A stretch of 64,000 nucleotides of DNA from the human T2T-CHM13v2.0 reference genome, Homo sapiens. This document shows positions 1 through 12,241 of the stretch, in pieces. Position numbers and translations under genes: made by a program. The notes beneath the pieces were generated by a model. The model was not told the DNA's origin. It saw only the letters and a program-made list of their open reading frames with translations, and did not search any database. Position 1 is the first letter of the stretch. Each line of letters begins with the position of its first letter. The DNA lies in assembly GCF_009914755.1 (NCBI RefSeq), contig NC_060947.1; one strand, given 5' to 3'.

Positions 1-826
1 GAATTTCTGGTACTGACACATTCAGTTCATCATAGAAGGTTTGAAATACTGGCTCAGGAGAGCGTTTATAAACTTTTCCTCAAACCACGACATTTACTTG
101 AAGATCCAGTCCAGCTCCATCAATTTTTAGGGTTACACGTTCCTCTTTTTTCTAGTGAGGATTAAGGGGGTTGGTTATTACTAGTTCTAAGGGGTTACAC
201 TGACCACTGGTACAGGAAGGGCCACTTTTCCCTTGCTGAAGGTGGACAGGATTTTTTTTTTTTATCCAAGTAGCCTAAATGACACAAGACCAGTATCCAC
301 ATTTATTTTTACACAGTCTTAATTTATGATAAATGTACTTATTTTCTGCCATATAGCCTCTTTCTTAATTAAGAGAACCACATCCTATTTTTAACCTATT
401 ATTATTAATGACAGCACAGGCATCGAATTTCAAGGTGACTTGTTTGGGCACTTCTTTTTTTGTTTTGTTTTGTTTTGGCTAACACTTTACTTGTATCGTT
501 TATGAGCCTCCACCAGTCTTCAGTCCTTAATCTTATTTTAAAAACTATGGTCATGGGAGGCTCAGATGGGTCATAACACACATCAGGTTGGTCATTTCCC
601 GGGCTACATACCTTGTATAGAGTAACATTATACAAACAAGTTTTTTTAGAGTTCCAGTACACTTATAATAACTGTAAAATAATAGGACTGTAGCAACCTT
701 TTGTCCCACTTCAGTGACTTGATGTATATACTGGGAACAGCCCTCAGTCTGAGGAAGGTCAGTTGAAGTCCTTACTGTACAAGTCCAAATTTTAAGGAAA
801 ATGAGTCCTGCGATGAGTTTCCTCAT
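1..826 (-). pseudogene. env: HERV-E-type env (signal peptide and SU), disrupted by frameshifts and stops
   Basis: MRKLIAGLIFLKIWTCTVRTSTDLPQTEGCSQYIHQVTEVGQ, then CLYNVTLYKVCSPGNDQPDVCYDPSEPP in another frame, then GQCNPLELVITNPL and PVFQTFYDELN near the window start. All resemble the HERV-E 4-1 Env as I recall it. Confidence 0.88.
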
Positions 827-849
827 GTTTCGGCCGTGCATGGACCAGT

Positions 850-1400
850 TAGCTTCTGGGTGTGACTGAAGCAGGGCTTGTCGTCTTCTTCAGAGTCACT
901 TTGCAAGGGTTGGCGAAGCTGCTCCCATCCACGTACAGCTCTCGGTCTACTGATGTTTAAGGATGGTCTTGGAGGTTGGGCCCACTAGAATAAACTGAGT
1001 CTAATACCTCTACACAGTTATGTTTAACTGGGCTCTCTGATACCAGGAGTAAGGTGGCGGGGTTTAGAGTGTTGCAAACTTCAATTGTTATGTGGGGATT
1101 TTCACAGAGCAAGCTTTGGTATCTAGTTAGTCTAGCATTCATTAGCTAATGATGTCCTTTGGTATTTATTAAAGTCACCACAGCATGGGGGGACTTTATG
1201 TTTAGGTTTTGCCTAAGAGTTAGCTTATCTGCTTCTTGTGCTAACAGGGCTGTTGCTGCTAGGGCCCTTAGACATGCAGGCCAGCCTTTGGAAACCCCGT
1301 CTAGTTGTTTTGAGAGATAGGCCACTGGCCTTGGCCAGGGCCTTACAGTCTGGGTTAAAACTCTAACTGCCATGTTTTTCTTTTTCTGACACATAGGGTG
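850..1400 (-). pseudogene. pol: Gammaretroviral pol remnant (RT connection/tether region joined to the pol 3' end)
   Basis: VLTQTVRPWPRPVAYLSKQLDGVSKGWPACLRALAATALLAQEADKLTL...NARLTRYQSLL...TLNPATLL are classic MLV-like connection-domain motifs. Most of RNase H and integrase is missing. Confidence 0.88.
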
Positions 1401-1469
1401 TAAAGGGTTTTGTTAGGTCAGGTAGCCCCAGGGCTGGGGCTGACGTGAGTTTTTCTTTTAACTCATGAA

Positions 1470-2232
1470 AAGCTTGCTGCTGTTGGTTGTAATAGATGTA
1501 GTTTACTAATCTACATTTTTATTAACTGTCATCTACCAAAATATTGACTCAAATCCTGTAACTATTTGATTTCAAGCTTTACATTGATCTGGTATTCCTC
1601 ATGGGACTCCAATTGCGTCTAAATGGACATGAGAGTTGAAAGACCTACAAGGGGCTTCTCTCGCTTTACAATGTCTTATTTTTTCTCCTGCTGGTTGATG
1701 AAATGCCAGGGTGAAAGGGATAGCCAATTGGACTAAAGTATAAGTGCCACTCCAGTTATTCGGCAGAGTGCCCAGTAAAGGTCCACCACAATACCACCAC
1801 ACATCCGCGTGAGGATGAACAAGGGCTGACTGATTGATAAGCTCTTGAAAATTCTTAAGCTCATCGCATCCCTTCAGGTCTCCAAGGAATGCTAAGTTTC
1901 CTCCCTGTCGTGAGAGACACGAAGTGAACTTAGTGTTGGGAGACGGAGGCTGGACAGCCCTCGGGGGCTGACCCGCAGGGTGCCGGACTTTGGGATATAG
2001 CAGAGAGAGCTTGGCATGACTTATTACTCCAGGCTGTAGAATCCTGGAAAAGAACTACCACACAGTCCATGCCTTGTCGACTGGAGGACCACCTTAGTGG
2101 AAGGGGGACAATCAGGGCCTCTGGCCTGCCATGTGCACAAGCATAACAATTGCTTTTGTTTAACGTGCACATGGAATATTTGATCCATTCCAACCAGGCA
2201 TTTGCATCTTGGTATGCTGTCTTAATTGCCAA
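1470..2232 (-). pseudogene. env: Second, unrelated env remnant (HERV-I/HERVIP type) spanning the SU/TM junction
   Basis: NAWLEWIKYS..LNKSNCYACAHGRP (CxxC), WWYCGGPLLGTLPNNWSG, a degenerate furin site RHCKAR, then DAIGVP*GIPDQ..NQI..GFESIFW. Confidence 0.75.
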
Positions 2233-3749
2233 AGTTTGTTTTAAGTTTTTAACTTTTATGATCTTCTAGTAAAATGAATGTTTCCTTTAGCACCTATTTT
2301 TATTAGTTTTTAGACCAAAGAAAGCCAAATACCATTTTACATTTAACAATGCTTTCTGTATGATTTTTATACTAGATAAGCCAAATTTTACCTTTATATT
2401 AGTGTTATTGATGTTAAACTTAATTTTAATAAAACCTTGTAGACATATTTATCTAATTTTTAATGTTTGACCATAAGCAAGATTTTATATACTCTTTTTA
2501 ACCTTTCATAATTTTTGTTAAAGAGCAGGTTGGTGCTTTAAGAAAAACCTGTTGCATTTTTATTTTAATGTCCAGTTCACAGAAAAACTGGATGATACCT
2601 TTTTAACTTTAGCTAATATGTTTACACACAGAATTTTCTTTACAATTAACGTCTCAAAACTCGCTTAAACTTTCAAAACAATAATTTTTTTAACCTTTTA
2701 ATGTAGGTAAAAATCCACATTCTTATGCCTCCTTATAATCCTTTTACCAAAGGTATATTTTACTTTTCTTATACACCTTGAACATAAACTGTTTCTTCAA
2801 TAGTACTGAGTACTTTTAAATTATACAACATTTTTTGCATAATTTTTTTTTTCCCGTTAGCAAAGCAGCTGCCGCTACAGATTGAATGCATCTGGGCCAT
2901 TCGCGGGTTACTGGGTTAAGGATTTTTGATAGGAAGGCCTCAGTGCTCTTGGGATATGCCCTTGTTTACACTGACAACAAAGTAGTATTAGAGTGTTACA
3001 GGGTTACTGAGAATACCTTTAATTATTAATTACAGGTTTTTAATTTACCTTGGCTTTTAAAGGAATAGGGTATACTGTTGTTTTTTTTTTTAACTACTTG
3101 TATATTTCTCTCTTTCTCTTTTTCTTTCTCTCTTTGACTTTCTGTCTCTCTGTCTCTCTCTGACTTTCCTTTTGCCTCTGTTTCTTCCTCTCTTTCTGCC
3201 TCTCTCTTTCTGTCTGCTGGTCTTTCCTTGCCTCTGCCAGCCGCTTATGCTGCTGTTCTCTTAACTACTGTGGGGGGAAGGGGATCTAAAACCAGCTGTA
3301 ACTGTCTCTGTACGGAAACTGGTCTGGGTGCCTTGGCTTACAGGCTACCTTGTGCCATACCTTTGAAACAAGGGACTTGTCTAGGCTTCCTTCTGATGGC
3401 CAAGCCACCTCTAATGCTGGCCAGTCTATTTCACACAAAGTTTTAAGTTCTCCTGGTGTCATAGTACTCCATAGTCTTCCTTAAATCCTTTCTTGAAATT
3501 TTTCAACATAGTTCCTAGTAGGGTGGGCTTATTTGTGCCTGACCCATGCTTCTTTGAGACAAAACACCATGCTCACACCACACGCACACCACAAAACAAA
3601 GAACAGGTAAAAAGGGCACACACACACTTTTGCAGTTTACACCAAACCAGAATCAAAACCAAAATTAGAGTATCCAGAAATCTAAGCCAGGTCAAAACCA
3701 AAACTAAGCAATCCAGGCAATCCAAGTATCAAGCAATCCAAGTCAAGTC

Positions 3750-4105
3750 AAAAACAAAAACCAAAGTGCCGGTACTGCCACACCGTGGGTGATCAGGCCA
3801 TGCTTCCACTCAAATGGAGTAGGCAAGTTCCTACTCAAATGGAGTAGGCAAGTTCCCAAGACCAGTCCTGTGAAGCAATTCAAACCAAGTCAAAACCAAA
3901 ACCAACACCAAAGTGCTGATAAAGGCACGCTGTGGGTGATCAGGCCACGCTTCCACTCAAATGGAGCGGGCAAGTTCCCAAGACCAGTTCCGTCAAGCAA
4001 TTCAAACCAAGTCAAAACCAAAACCAAAGTGCCGATAAAGGCATGCCGTGGGTGATCAGACCACGCTTCCACACAAATGGAGTGGGCAAGTTCCAAAGAC
4101 TAGTC
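3750..4105. repeat. About 116-bp tandem repeat (about 3 units) in the ERV leader
   Basis: GTGGGTGATCAG recurs at 3785, 3932 and 4048. The first unit carries an extra 25-bp duplication (ACTCAAATGGAGTAGGCAAGTTCC at 3808 and 3833). Confidence 0.9.
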
Positions 4106-4352
4106 TTACCAAGTTTTAGATGTCTGGACTCCAAGTGCCAGTTCCTTCCCAGTGTTCAGCCACTGCGTTGATCCTCCACGGGGGCCTGCCACACACGGCT
4201 CTGGCGAGGCGTCCCACCTGGGCAAATGCCTACCCGGGAGCGCTCTCAGGATCCGCGTCGCTCCGGCTGGTTGGAGTCCCCCGCAGGGATGTTCCACAGG
4301 GCAGGCTAAAGCCACCTAAGGAGCTGCCTCAACCGTCTGTTAATCACCTCGC

Positions 4353-4370
4353 TTCCTGGTCAGGGAACCA
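4353..4370 (-). promoter_or_regulatory. Primer binding site complementary to the tRNA-Glu 3' end
   Basis: The minus strand reads TGGTTCCCTGACCAGGAA versus canonical TGGTTCCCTGACCGGGAA (17/18), 5 nt downstream of the LTR end. Confidence 0.93.
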
Positions 4371-4375
4371 AGAAA

Positions 4376-4863
4376 TGTAGCAAGACAAGCCGCAGACAAA
4401 ACTCCTCAGACACCGAGATAAAGAAGAAAGGGGTTTATTTGGCCAGAGGCATCAGCAAGACTCCTGTCTCAAGAGCCGAGCTCCCCGAGTGAGCAATTCC
4501 TGTCCCTTTTAAGGGCTCACAACTCTAAGGGGGGTCCACGTAAGAGGGTTGTGATCGATTGAGCAAGCAGGGGGTACGTGACAGGGGCTGCATGCACTGG
4601 TGGTTAGAGTGAAACAGAACAGACCGGGAAGTTTTACAATGTCTTTCTATAATCTATAGATAACATCAGTTGCTAGGTCAGGGGTGGAATTTTAACTACC
4701 AGGCTTAGGTCAGGCAGGCCCAGGCCTGGTTTCAGGTCTGGTTCCTTGGTTTCGCGTCTGGTTCTTAGGCGCCGGGCTACCTGCCTTTAGTTTTGCTTCT
4801 CTTTCCTTTTCTGAGTATAAAACAATATACAACAATATGAGAGGGTCTGTCTCTCTTCTCTCA
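4376..4863 (-). mobile_element. 5' LTR, LTR2B-like
   Basis: The minus strand starts TGAGAGAAGAGAGACAGACCCTCTCATATTG and ends ..CTACA. AATAAA at 4434-4439 and a TTAAAA TATA-like box near 4507-4512. Confidence 0.88.
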
Positions 4864-6669
4864 GTTGTAGGAGAATAAAGTTGCTATTGTAGCTATAGCA
4901 GAGACCAAGAGAAGAGCTTGGGAAGTCTGGGTGGTGGGTGCCCTGTGCCACTCTTCCACAGTGAAGCAAATAAGGTTTGTGGGAAGACAGGGTCGCAGCA
5001 TTCCAGGGGAGGGGTTATAAAGCAAGTAGTCTTCTGAGGGTGAGTTATTCCCAGCCCAAAGACTTTTTGGCCTAAAAGCCAAGATTTAAACTGTTTATTT
5101 GGAGACTTGAGAATTCTGCCCAAAATATATGTAAAAAAAAATGTACTCTATATAAGAACAAATCCCATAAACGCTAGGAAGCTTCTAATGGCTTTTAAAA
5201 CATATTCTCAAGGCAGGCTAAAGTCTGAGAGATTCTTCTTGTATTATCAAAGTATGCTTCCTTGTTATCTTTGAGATAAATTATAAATGTAATTTGTAAA
5301 ACACGAATACAAGGCATGAGTTTGGAGTTAATATCAAAAGGTATGACCTTATCCCTAAGGTTATCCCTTATCCCCAAGGGAGTTGACTTAAGAGTTTTTT
5401 GTTGTTATTTTGCTTTGCATCTTATTTGTTTATTTAAAATTTAAAGGAAAAAAGTTTCATTTTAAACAATTTAATTCTCATTGAAATGCATTTTAAGTGT
5501 GAGTTTCATCCTGTACATTTTATCCATTGAATCAAATTAGACAAGAAGCTGGCTTTTAAACATTAAAAAAAAAGGCAAAATTAAAATAACTCAGTACTTA
5601 AGATGCAATCTAGGGCTTAAAAATTCACTTACAAAAAAATCTAGCTTTAAGAACAGTGAGCTTTCAAGGTGGCTAAGCTATATTAAAGTGAAGTTATACT
5701 TATTTTGACTATAAATATGAATACTGATTAGAGAAAGTATCACACAACTATATGAGAACACATTTCATTTTTGAAAAAACAAATTTGAATGCCTGATTTG
5801 TCATCTTCATGGTAAAGATATGTTGGTTCTCTCTTTTACGTAGCTCCTTTAGCTTGTCCTTATATAAGTCAACAGGGTCTCTTGATTCAGGGCATAGTTC
5901 CGAACAATTCTGCCAGTTGTCTAAATCTATTCTTTCCATTCCAAATTCCAAGTGACTCTTTCTCTTTGAAACAGATGCAAATAGTTAGTTTCACAACTTT
6001 AGTCATTTTCATCCTTAGAATACAGACTGGGAAATTGCACACTCCAGGGGTGCTGGGCAAAGGGTGCCAGACCATGGCAAGGATGCTGGTGACTTCACCG
6101 AAGGGAGCTTTATTGTGCCGGAGCCACTGCCAGCTACCCTCCTCCAAGCACCGACTGCCAAAACATCACAGTCCAAAGAGGGGTGCTCCGTTCCCCCTTC
6201 CCACCTCCCCCCCTTCACCTCCCTGCCTATCAGCATCCAGAAGCAATTCTTTGCATGGGTGCTTCTTCATCCTGATCCTGACTGGCAGCTCCAAGGATTA
6301 AACTCAGGTCCTTTGGAGCAGTCGCTTTATGCACATTAGCCCCCTGGGGTGTTGAACTCCAAAACCTCTATTTTTTCCCCCGGGTCTACCCTGTATCTCA
6401 CAAAACCCTAGTTAGCCACTGTGGTACACAGTCTTTCTTCCATTCCAGGCTATCAAAAGAAAACAAAACAAAACACCAGACCTTACAACAATATGATGGA
6501 TATGGTAATGATCGAGCGTCTTTAGGGTAGTGGGTAAATTCCAAGTTCTTTCATAACTGAGACTTGGGAACTCGTTTTCTTCTTTATCATTAAGACTTCA
6601 CATTTTCATCAGCAGAATCTTGCTTACAATAGCACAAATGATAATTTGGCTGAATGAAAATGGCTTGTG

Positions 6670-6703
<34 letters not shown>

Positions 6704-6707
6704 GTGT
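6670..6707. repeat. (TG)n microsatellite
   Basis: Seen directly. Confidence 0.95.
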
Positions 6708-6794
6708 CCATTAAAAAAAGTTCCTCAAAACTGCTGAATGAAAATCAAGACCAGTGTCTTCTTAATCAAACAAAATTTCCTGCTTAGGGACTGC

Positions 6795-6826
<32 letters not shown>

Positions 6827-8283
6827 ACCATCTGGCCTCTCTCTGCTATTTGAGGGGTTTTTTTCTCCTCCTCACTTCCTGGTTATCTTTAGCAAAACAT
6901 TATCATTTCTCGTATAAATTGTTTTTACCACGGTGCATTTCCTTCTGTGCATTACTTTAATAAATGGGATAGAAAGCATTGCTCCATTTCTTGAAAAATA
7001 CTTTTCAGCTCTAAATGGCAGGTTTAAAGGGGGAAAAAATGAAAAATGTGCTTAAAAAAAGGAAGATGGAAGTCAAATCACAGTGAGGGCATTAACTACT
7101 CATGTTTCTTTAAACACTTCTGCCAAGGCAAGCTCTTTCTTTTTCATATATATATACATGTATATATATAGAGAGAGTAATAATTAAATTCCAAAAATGA
7201 AAAGCCACCCTACGCACCCTACCCTACTCATTTAAGGTGATAACTATGCTAAACACCCTCCAAGAAATAAGTCTGAAATGGAATTAATTTCCATGTGGGA
7301 ACAAAGATGACAATAAAAATATGATCAAATCTCAATTAACTTAAAAAAAATCCTAATTGAAACATTTCTACAATGCTTGAGTCCACTTTACTTGCATAAC
7401 TACAAATCACATATTGGATCTAATTGAAAAGTTTGAGGTAATTTCAAATCTTATTTTTCCTTGAGATCATCATTAAAAAGACCTTTTTTCATTTGATCAT
7501 AAATAGAGATGACGTAGGAGATTGACTTGAATGTATAATTGTATCCATGACCATGGATTTTTACAGTAATTCATAATATCACCTTCTTCCTTGTATTTCA
7601 CAAATCTTTAGGAAAAGTATAATGTAGAAAACTTGTGGTTAATAAAGGTTTGACATTTTAGCAAAGTTCAGGTAAGCTGAGGTTTTTGTGCATTTACATG
7701 CTAAACAAAATGACAAAGATTCCTGCTTTTCTCACTGCTGTTCAGTAAGAGTAAAAAATGAATGATAATTTTAATATAGTACTTCCGATCAATTTTGTTA
7801 GCACAAACTAAAGACTATGGAATACTTTGAGAAATATATAAACTAATTGAGAAAGCACTAGTGTTTAGTTTCCCAGTGGAACACAATGGCAGCTCAAGAC
7901 TGGTCCCAAATGTCCTCCTTCCATGGTGCAGTCATGTCCAGTCCAGCTTGGGCTCCCCATTCCAATTTCCCACAGAAATTTATACTGTGCCACCTGAGTT
8001 ACCAAATAATGACACCATAATTGAATCAAATTATTGCCCAACAAAAAGAGACCTCTAGTCTTACATTTTAGCGTTCCACCCTTTGATGAAGGTTATTGTA
8101 GAAGACGCTCCTGTATTGGGTAGGAGATTGGGAAAATGTTAGCTAAGATCACTTCCAGCTCTACAATTCCAAATAGCTTGCATTGTATGAGGGAAGATAA
8201 GGATAAGACTGGGACTCATGTTCTCTCTCTGAATACCCACACACTCTCACACTCTGTCTCTCTACCTCTGTCTCTGTCCCTCT

Positions 8284-8284
<1 letters not shown>

Positions 8285-8330
<46 letters not shown>
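8285..8330. repeat. (AC)23 microsatellite
   Basis: Seen directly; uninterrupted. Confidence 0.95.
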
Positions 8331-8331
<1 letters not shown>

Positions 8332-9534
8332 ACTTTTTCTTTTGGGGAGAGGAAGATATCACCAAGTCCTCATCCCCCAAAGCAATACTAGGCAAATTTA
8401 TTTTGAAATCTTTTATATGCCAAGAACTCTGATAGCTACTGAGCACACAGTAGGGTTTTCATAAATATTTCCATAAAGGACTGAATGAAGCTCAGGAGAT
8501 CTGCCATCTCTCACTTATGGGCCTACAAAAGATATTCTTAGAGGGAGAAAAGATCAATAATGTCAGATTTAGCCGTGGTACTGGTGTTTGTGCCGATGAC
8601 TATTTTGAAAATAGTACAGTTGTTACACACTAAAAATAGGACTGTATTGTAAGGCATATATATCTGTGTGTATATATATTTATGTATTAATATTATCAAC
8701 TACTATGTCTTGGGCACAAATGTGTGAAGAACATTTTGAGGATGCATGTATTGAGTATATATTTTAGATCTCAATCTGTAACTCAGTTTAGAGCTTGCAA
8801 AGATAAAATCAGTGGGTCCTTATTTTTGTTCGCTTTGTCCTTCTATCTGTACTGTCTTCTCTCAGTATCTTTTCACCAAGCCTTGCCCTGAAGAACGATA
8901 ATGACACCAAAACATAGGCACTTTTTCTTTCTAAGGACCCCTCAAGGGATATTATAAACTTAATGTCTTGGGGAATTCTGCAGAGACTTTCCAAACTGGT
9001 ATACTCAAAATCAGTGTCAAGGCCCTGAGGGTGATTGGGCCCCAACTTCTGTCACCACAGTGATTTCCAGGTTGATTGGGTGCACGTGACATCCTTGGGT
9101 CAAGGGTATGGACAAGTAGCCCTGTGCCATATAGAACCACCAAACACTCTTCCAGCCCATAGAAGCAGCATTGGGAAGTACTGCGGATTATTACCTGCTG
9201 ACTGTGTGTGAAGTTGTCCTTCCAATAAATACTTATTTTCCTTAGAAAAGGGCAAAAAGGTCTCATGATACATTACTTAGGTAACTGTTATACCCTAATA
9301 GAGTAGCGCACTTGTATTAATTCTTCACCATACAAGACAAAGAATATATATAAAATTTGGTGACTTAATGGAAATAATATTTATTTAGGGAGTGATGAAT
9401 TCTAGGCAAAATAAAGAATGCATCAATATTCCTAACACCCAAATGGTTGACATGTGATGCAATTTACATAAGGCTTCCTTTGAATTTCATTTTTTGGAGC
9501 TTTCCTTCATATATCCATAACTGGCATTTAAAAA

Positions 9535-9722
9535 AATACCTACAATATGCCAGGCACTTTATACAAATTGGGTCTAATCCCTACCCAATCCCTAAATAGT
9601 GGGTATCATTTTCCCCCTTCTGCAGATGAGGAAACTGAGACACAGAGTTAAAGCATCTTCTCCAGGGCCACACAACTGGCACATGGCAGAGACCAGTTTA
9701 GAATCTGGGTTTTTCTGACTCT
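9535..9722 (-). mobile_element. MIR SINE
   Basis: Core CAGATGAGGAAACTGAG..ACAGAG, the reverse complement of the MIR core. Confidence 0.85.
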
Positions 9723-9744
9723 TAAAGATCTCTTTCTGGAAGTG

Positions 9745-10505
9745 AAATTACTATGTCGAAGACACACCCGCATATTCATGTTTATTGCAGCACTCTTCAC
9801 AATAGTCAAGATATGGAATCAGCCTAAGTGCCCATCTACAGACAAAAGGATAAAGAAAATATATTTCTTTATGGGGATGATTAGGACAATGGAATACTAT
9901 TCAGCCATAAAAAGGATGAAATCCTGTCATTTTTGGCAACATGGATGAGCCTGGAGGACATTATGTTAGGTGGAATAAGTCAGGCACAGAAGACAATTAC
10001 TACATGGAACAAACCTGCACATTTACCCCTTGAATCTAAAATAAAAATTCAAATTATAAATAAAATAAAATAAAATTTAAAAACATTAAAAAAGATAAAT
10101 ACCACATGATCTCACTCATATGTGGAATCTAAAGAAGTCAATTTCATAGCAGTAGAGAGTAGAACAGTGGTTCCCAGAGGCTGCTGAGGGTATGGGGGAA
10201 GGGAGGAACGGGTAGAGATTGGTCAATAGGTACACAAAGTTAGACAAGAAGAGTAAGTTTTGATGTGCTATCACACAGTAGGGTGACTACAGCAAATAAC
10301 AATGTAATATATATTCAAGACAGCTAGAAGAGAATATTTTGACTGTTGTCACCACAAAGAAATAATAAATGCTTAAAATGATGGATGTGGTAATTACCCC
10401 AATCTGATAATTATACTGTGTATCCATGTACTGAAACATCACATTGTACCCCATAAATATGTACAATTATTAGGTGTCAATTATAAGTACAAATTTTTTT
10501 TAAAA
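9745..10505 (+). mobile_element. L1MA-type 3' fragment with a nested short L1 3' tip
   Basis: ORF2 C-terminal remnant MFIAALFTIVKIWNQPKCPS, followed by an L1MA-type 3' UTR. Confidence 0.85.
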
Positions 10506-12002
10506 AAAATTTCTTTCCTCAGCAACATATTGCTGCTACAGCTTCAAGGAATTGGAAATTTTTGATAAACTAATATGAATAAAACGTGGACGCTGTAGAT
10601 TCTGGCAGTATTTCAACTACTTCTAAACTTTAATTTTGAAAAGACAAATAGTTAAACATTGGTCATGTGTTCCTTCTTCACCAGGAGCTATTCAGAAATT
10701 TCACAGGCTAAACCCTCCCAGTTCTGTCTTAGAAGGACTGACATCTGGATCATATTGGCAAGGGGGTGCTTTAAACATAAGAGAAAATTAGGAGAAAGAC
10801 CTAAGACTGGATTACTTCCACGAGTTCACTCACCGATACCCGCCCAAGTACTGTCTTTTTTCTTGTAACTAGCTTGTCACCCATTCTTTCTACTCAGTGA
10901 ACAATGGCTTGTGACCTCACAGTTAGCGAGTTCATAGGAGAAATATATCAGTTATAATTAATGTTTACTAGAATAAATGTAAATATTTTAAAACATACAA
11001 CAGTTCCAAGAACATGTGATTTCCATTTTATTTTATGAAACATTAAAAATCCACTTGTCCACCCCATTAATTATAACCTGCTCCCAGCCCTGACCTGTAT
11101 ATAATTCCTCCTGACATAAATTGGAACAAGGTGCTCAGAATAGAAGCAGCCTACACCCCAACTGGGCTACAAAATGTCAAGTTCCCAAACCTCTCAAAAG
11201 TGTAACCTGACATTTTGCTAAGATTAGAGACAGTTTATGAATTTAAAAAGAGGGCTTAAGGACTCACCACAGTTAAACCTACAGTAACTCCTGAAATATC
11301 CAAAGTAAATAGGACTAAGGGAGCCCTGGGGACACCAAAACCCTGTTAGAAGAGAAGGAACAGTCTTTAGTGGGTGGTATTTCTTTGCAGAAAATAATGT
11401 ACATGCATTCAACCAGAATTAAGAAGAATGCAACAATAAACTTTGAGGCTTGAAGCCCTCTAGAGATCTAAAGGAGTCATGAATGGGCCATGTGAAATAT
11501 TTCTCCTTTTGCTACATGTGAATGATTGAATTTATACTGCCCATTAATCCTAAATGTTGAAGGCAAAAAAAAAGAGAGAGAGAGAGAATGGCTAACTTTT
11601 TAAATAGTATTCTTCTTGACATGAATATAATATGTATTTATTATACATATGTATAATGTATATTGGTGAATATTTATAACATTCCCAAAGAGCAAAACAC
11701 CTATAGAAGGATCTAACCGCAAAGAAGCAACATTCCACAGGTTGATCTTTCTAGTCATTTTCTGTACCTCTTAGCCACAAAAATGGGATCAGACTTTACG
11801 TTTTGTTTTGCAAGTTGTTATTTTAAATATAATATATTGGGTGATTTTTCATGTGTAAAGATTCTTCTGACTTTTCAAGATTAATTTCAAGTACCTTTTA
11901 GTACAACTAAAGTATTACAGCCACCTTCCAAATCAAATAGACTATATAAGCTGAAGATTTACTAAATATTAAAATGTTAGCAATTTTTCCCCATTATAAC
12001 AT

Positions 12003-12241
12003 GCACTGTCAATAGGGGCAATATTGCCCCCAAGAGCGAGAAAACTAGTTCTCAGTGGCAAACAAACAAACAAACAAACAAAAAACCTTACTCTTTTTAT
12101 GCACAAAGCACAGATATACATAAATAGATTTATACTATATTTGTGGTATTAAAATTTCATGCAAGGAGCAATTAGCAAAAAATGTTTCAACAGGCTCCTT
12201 GTGACAGGGGGTTGAAAATGAAAATAGGTTGTAAACACTGC
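12003..12241. mobile_element. hAT-Charlie-type MITE remnant (subfamily uncertain)
   Basis: GGGGCAATATTGCCCC sub-terminal palindrome and a GGTTGTAAACACTG terminus. Confidence 0.5.

Larger units (their letters stand above)
1..4375 (-). mobile_element. Harlequin/HERV-E-type recombinant ERV1 internal region; the 3' part and 3' LTR lie outside the window
   Basis: PBS-Glu lies next to an LTR2-type LTR. Minus-strand order: leader, AT-rich non-coding segment, HERV-I-type env remnants, HERV-E-type pol remnant, HERV-E-type env. No gag recognised. This matches the published Harlequin mosaic. Confidence 0.85.

Noticed and set aside
3750-4105. CRISPR-like appearance of regularly recurring motifs
   Set aside because: Whole units repeat with no unique spacers, there are no cas genes, and the array lies in a primate ERV leader.
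6798-6825. A28 tract as the tail of a processed pseudogene
   Set aside because: No recognisable retrocopy body upstream and no TSD found.
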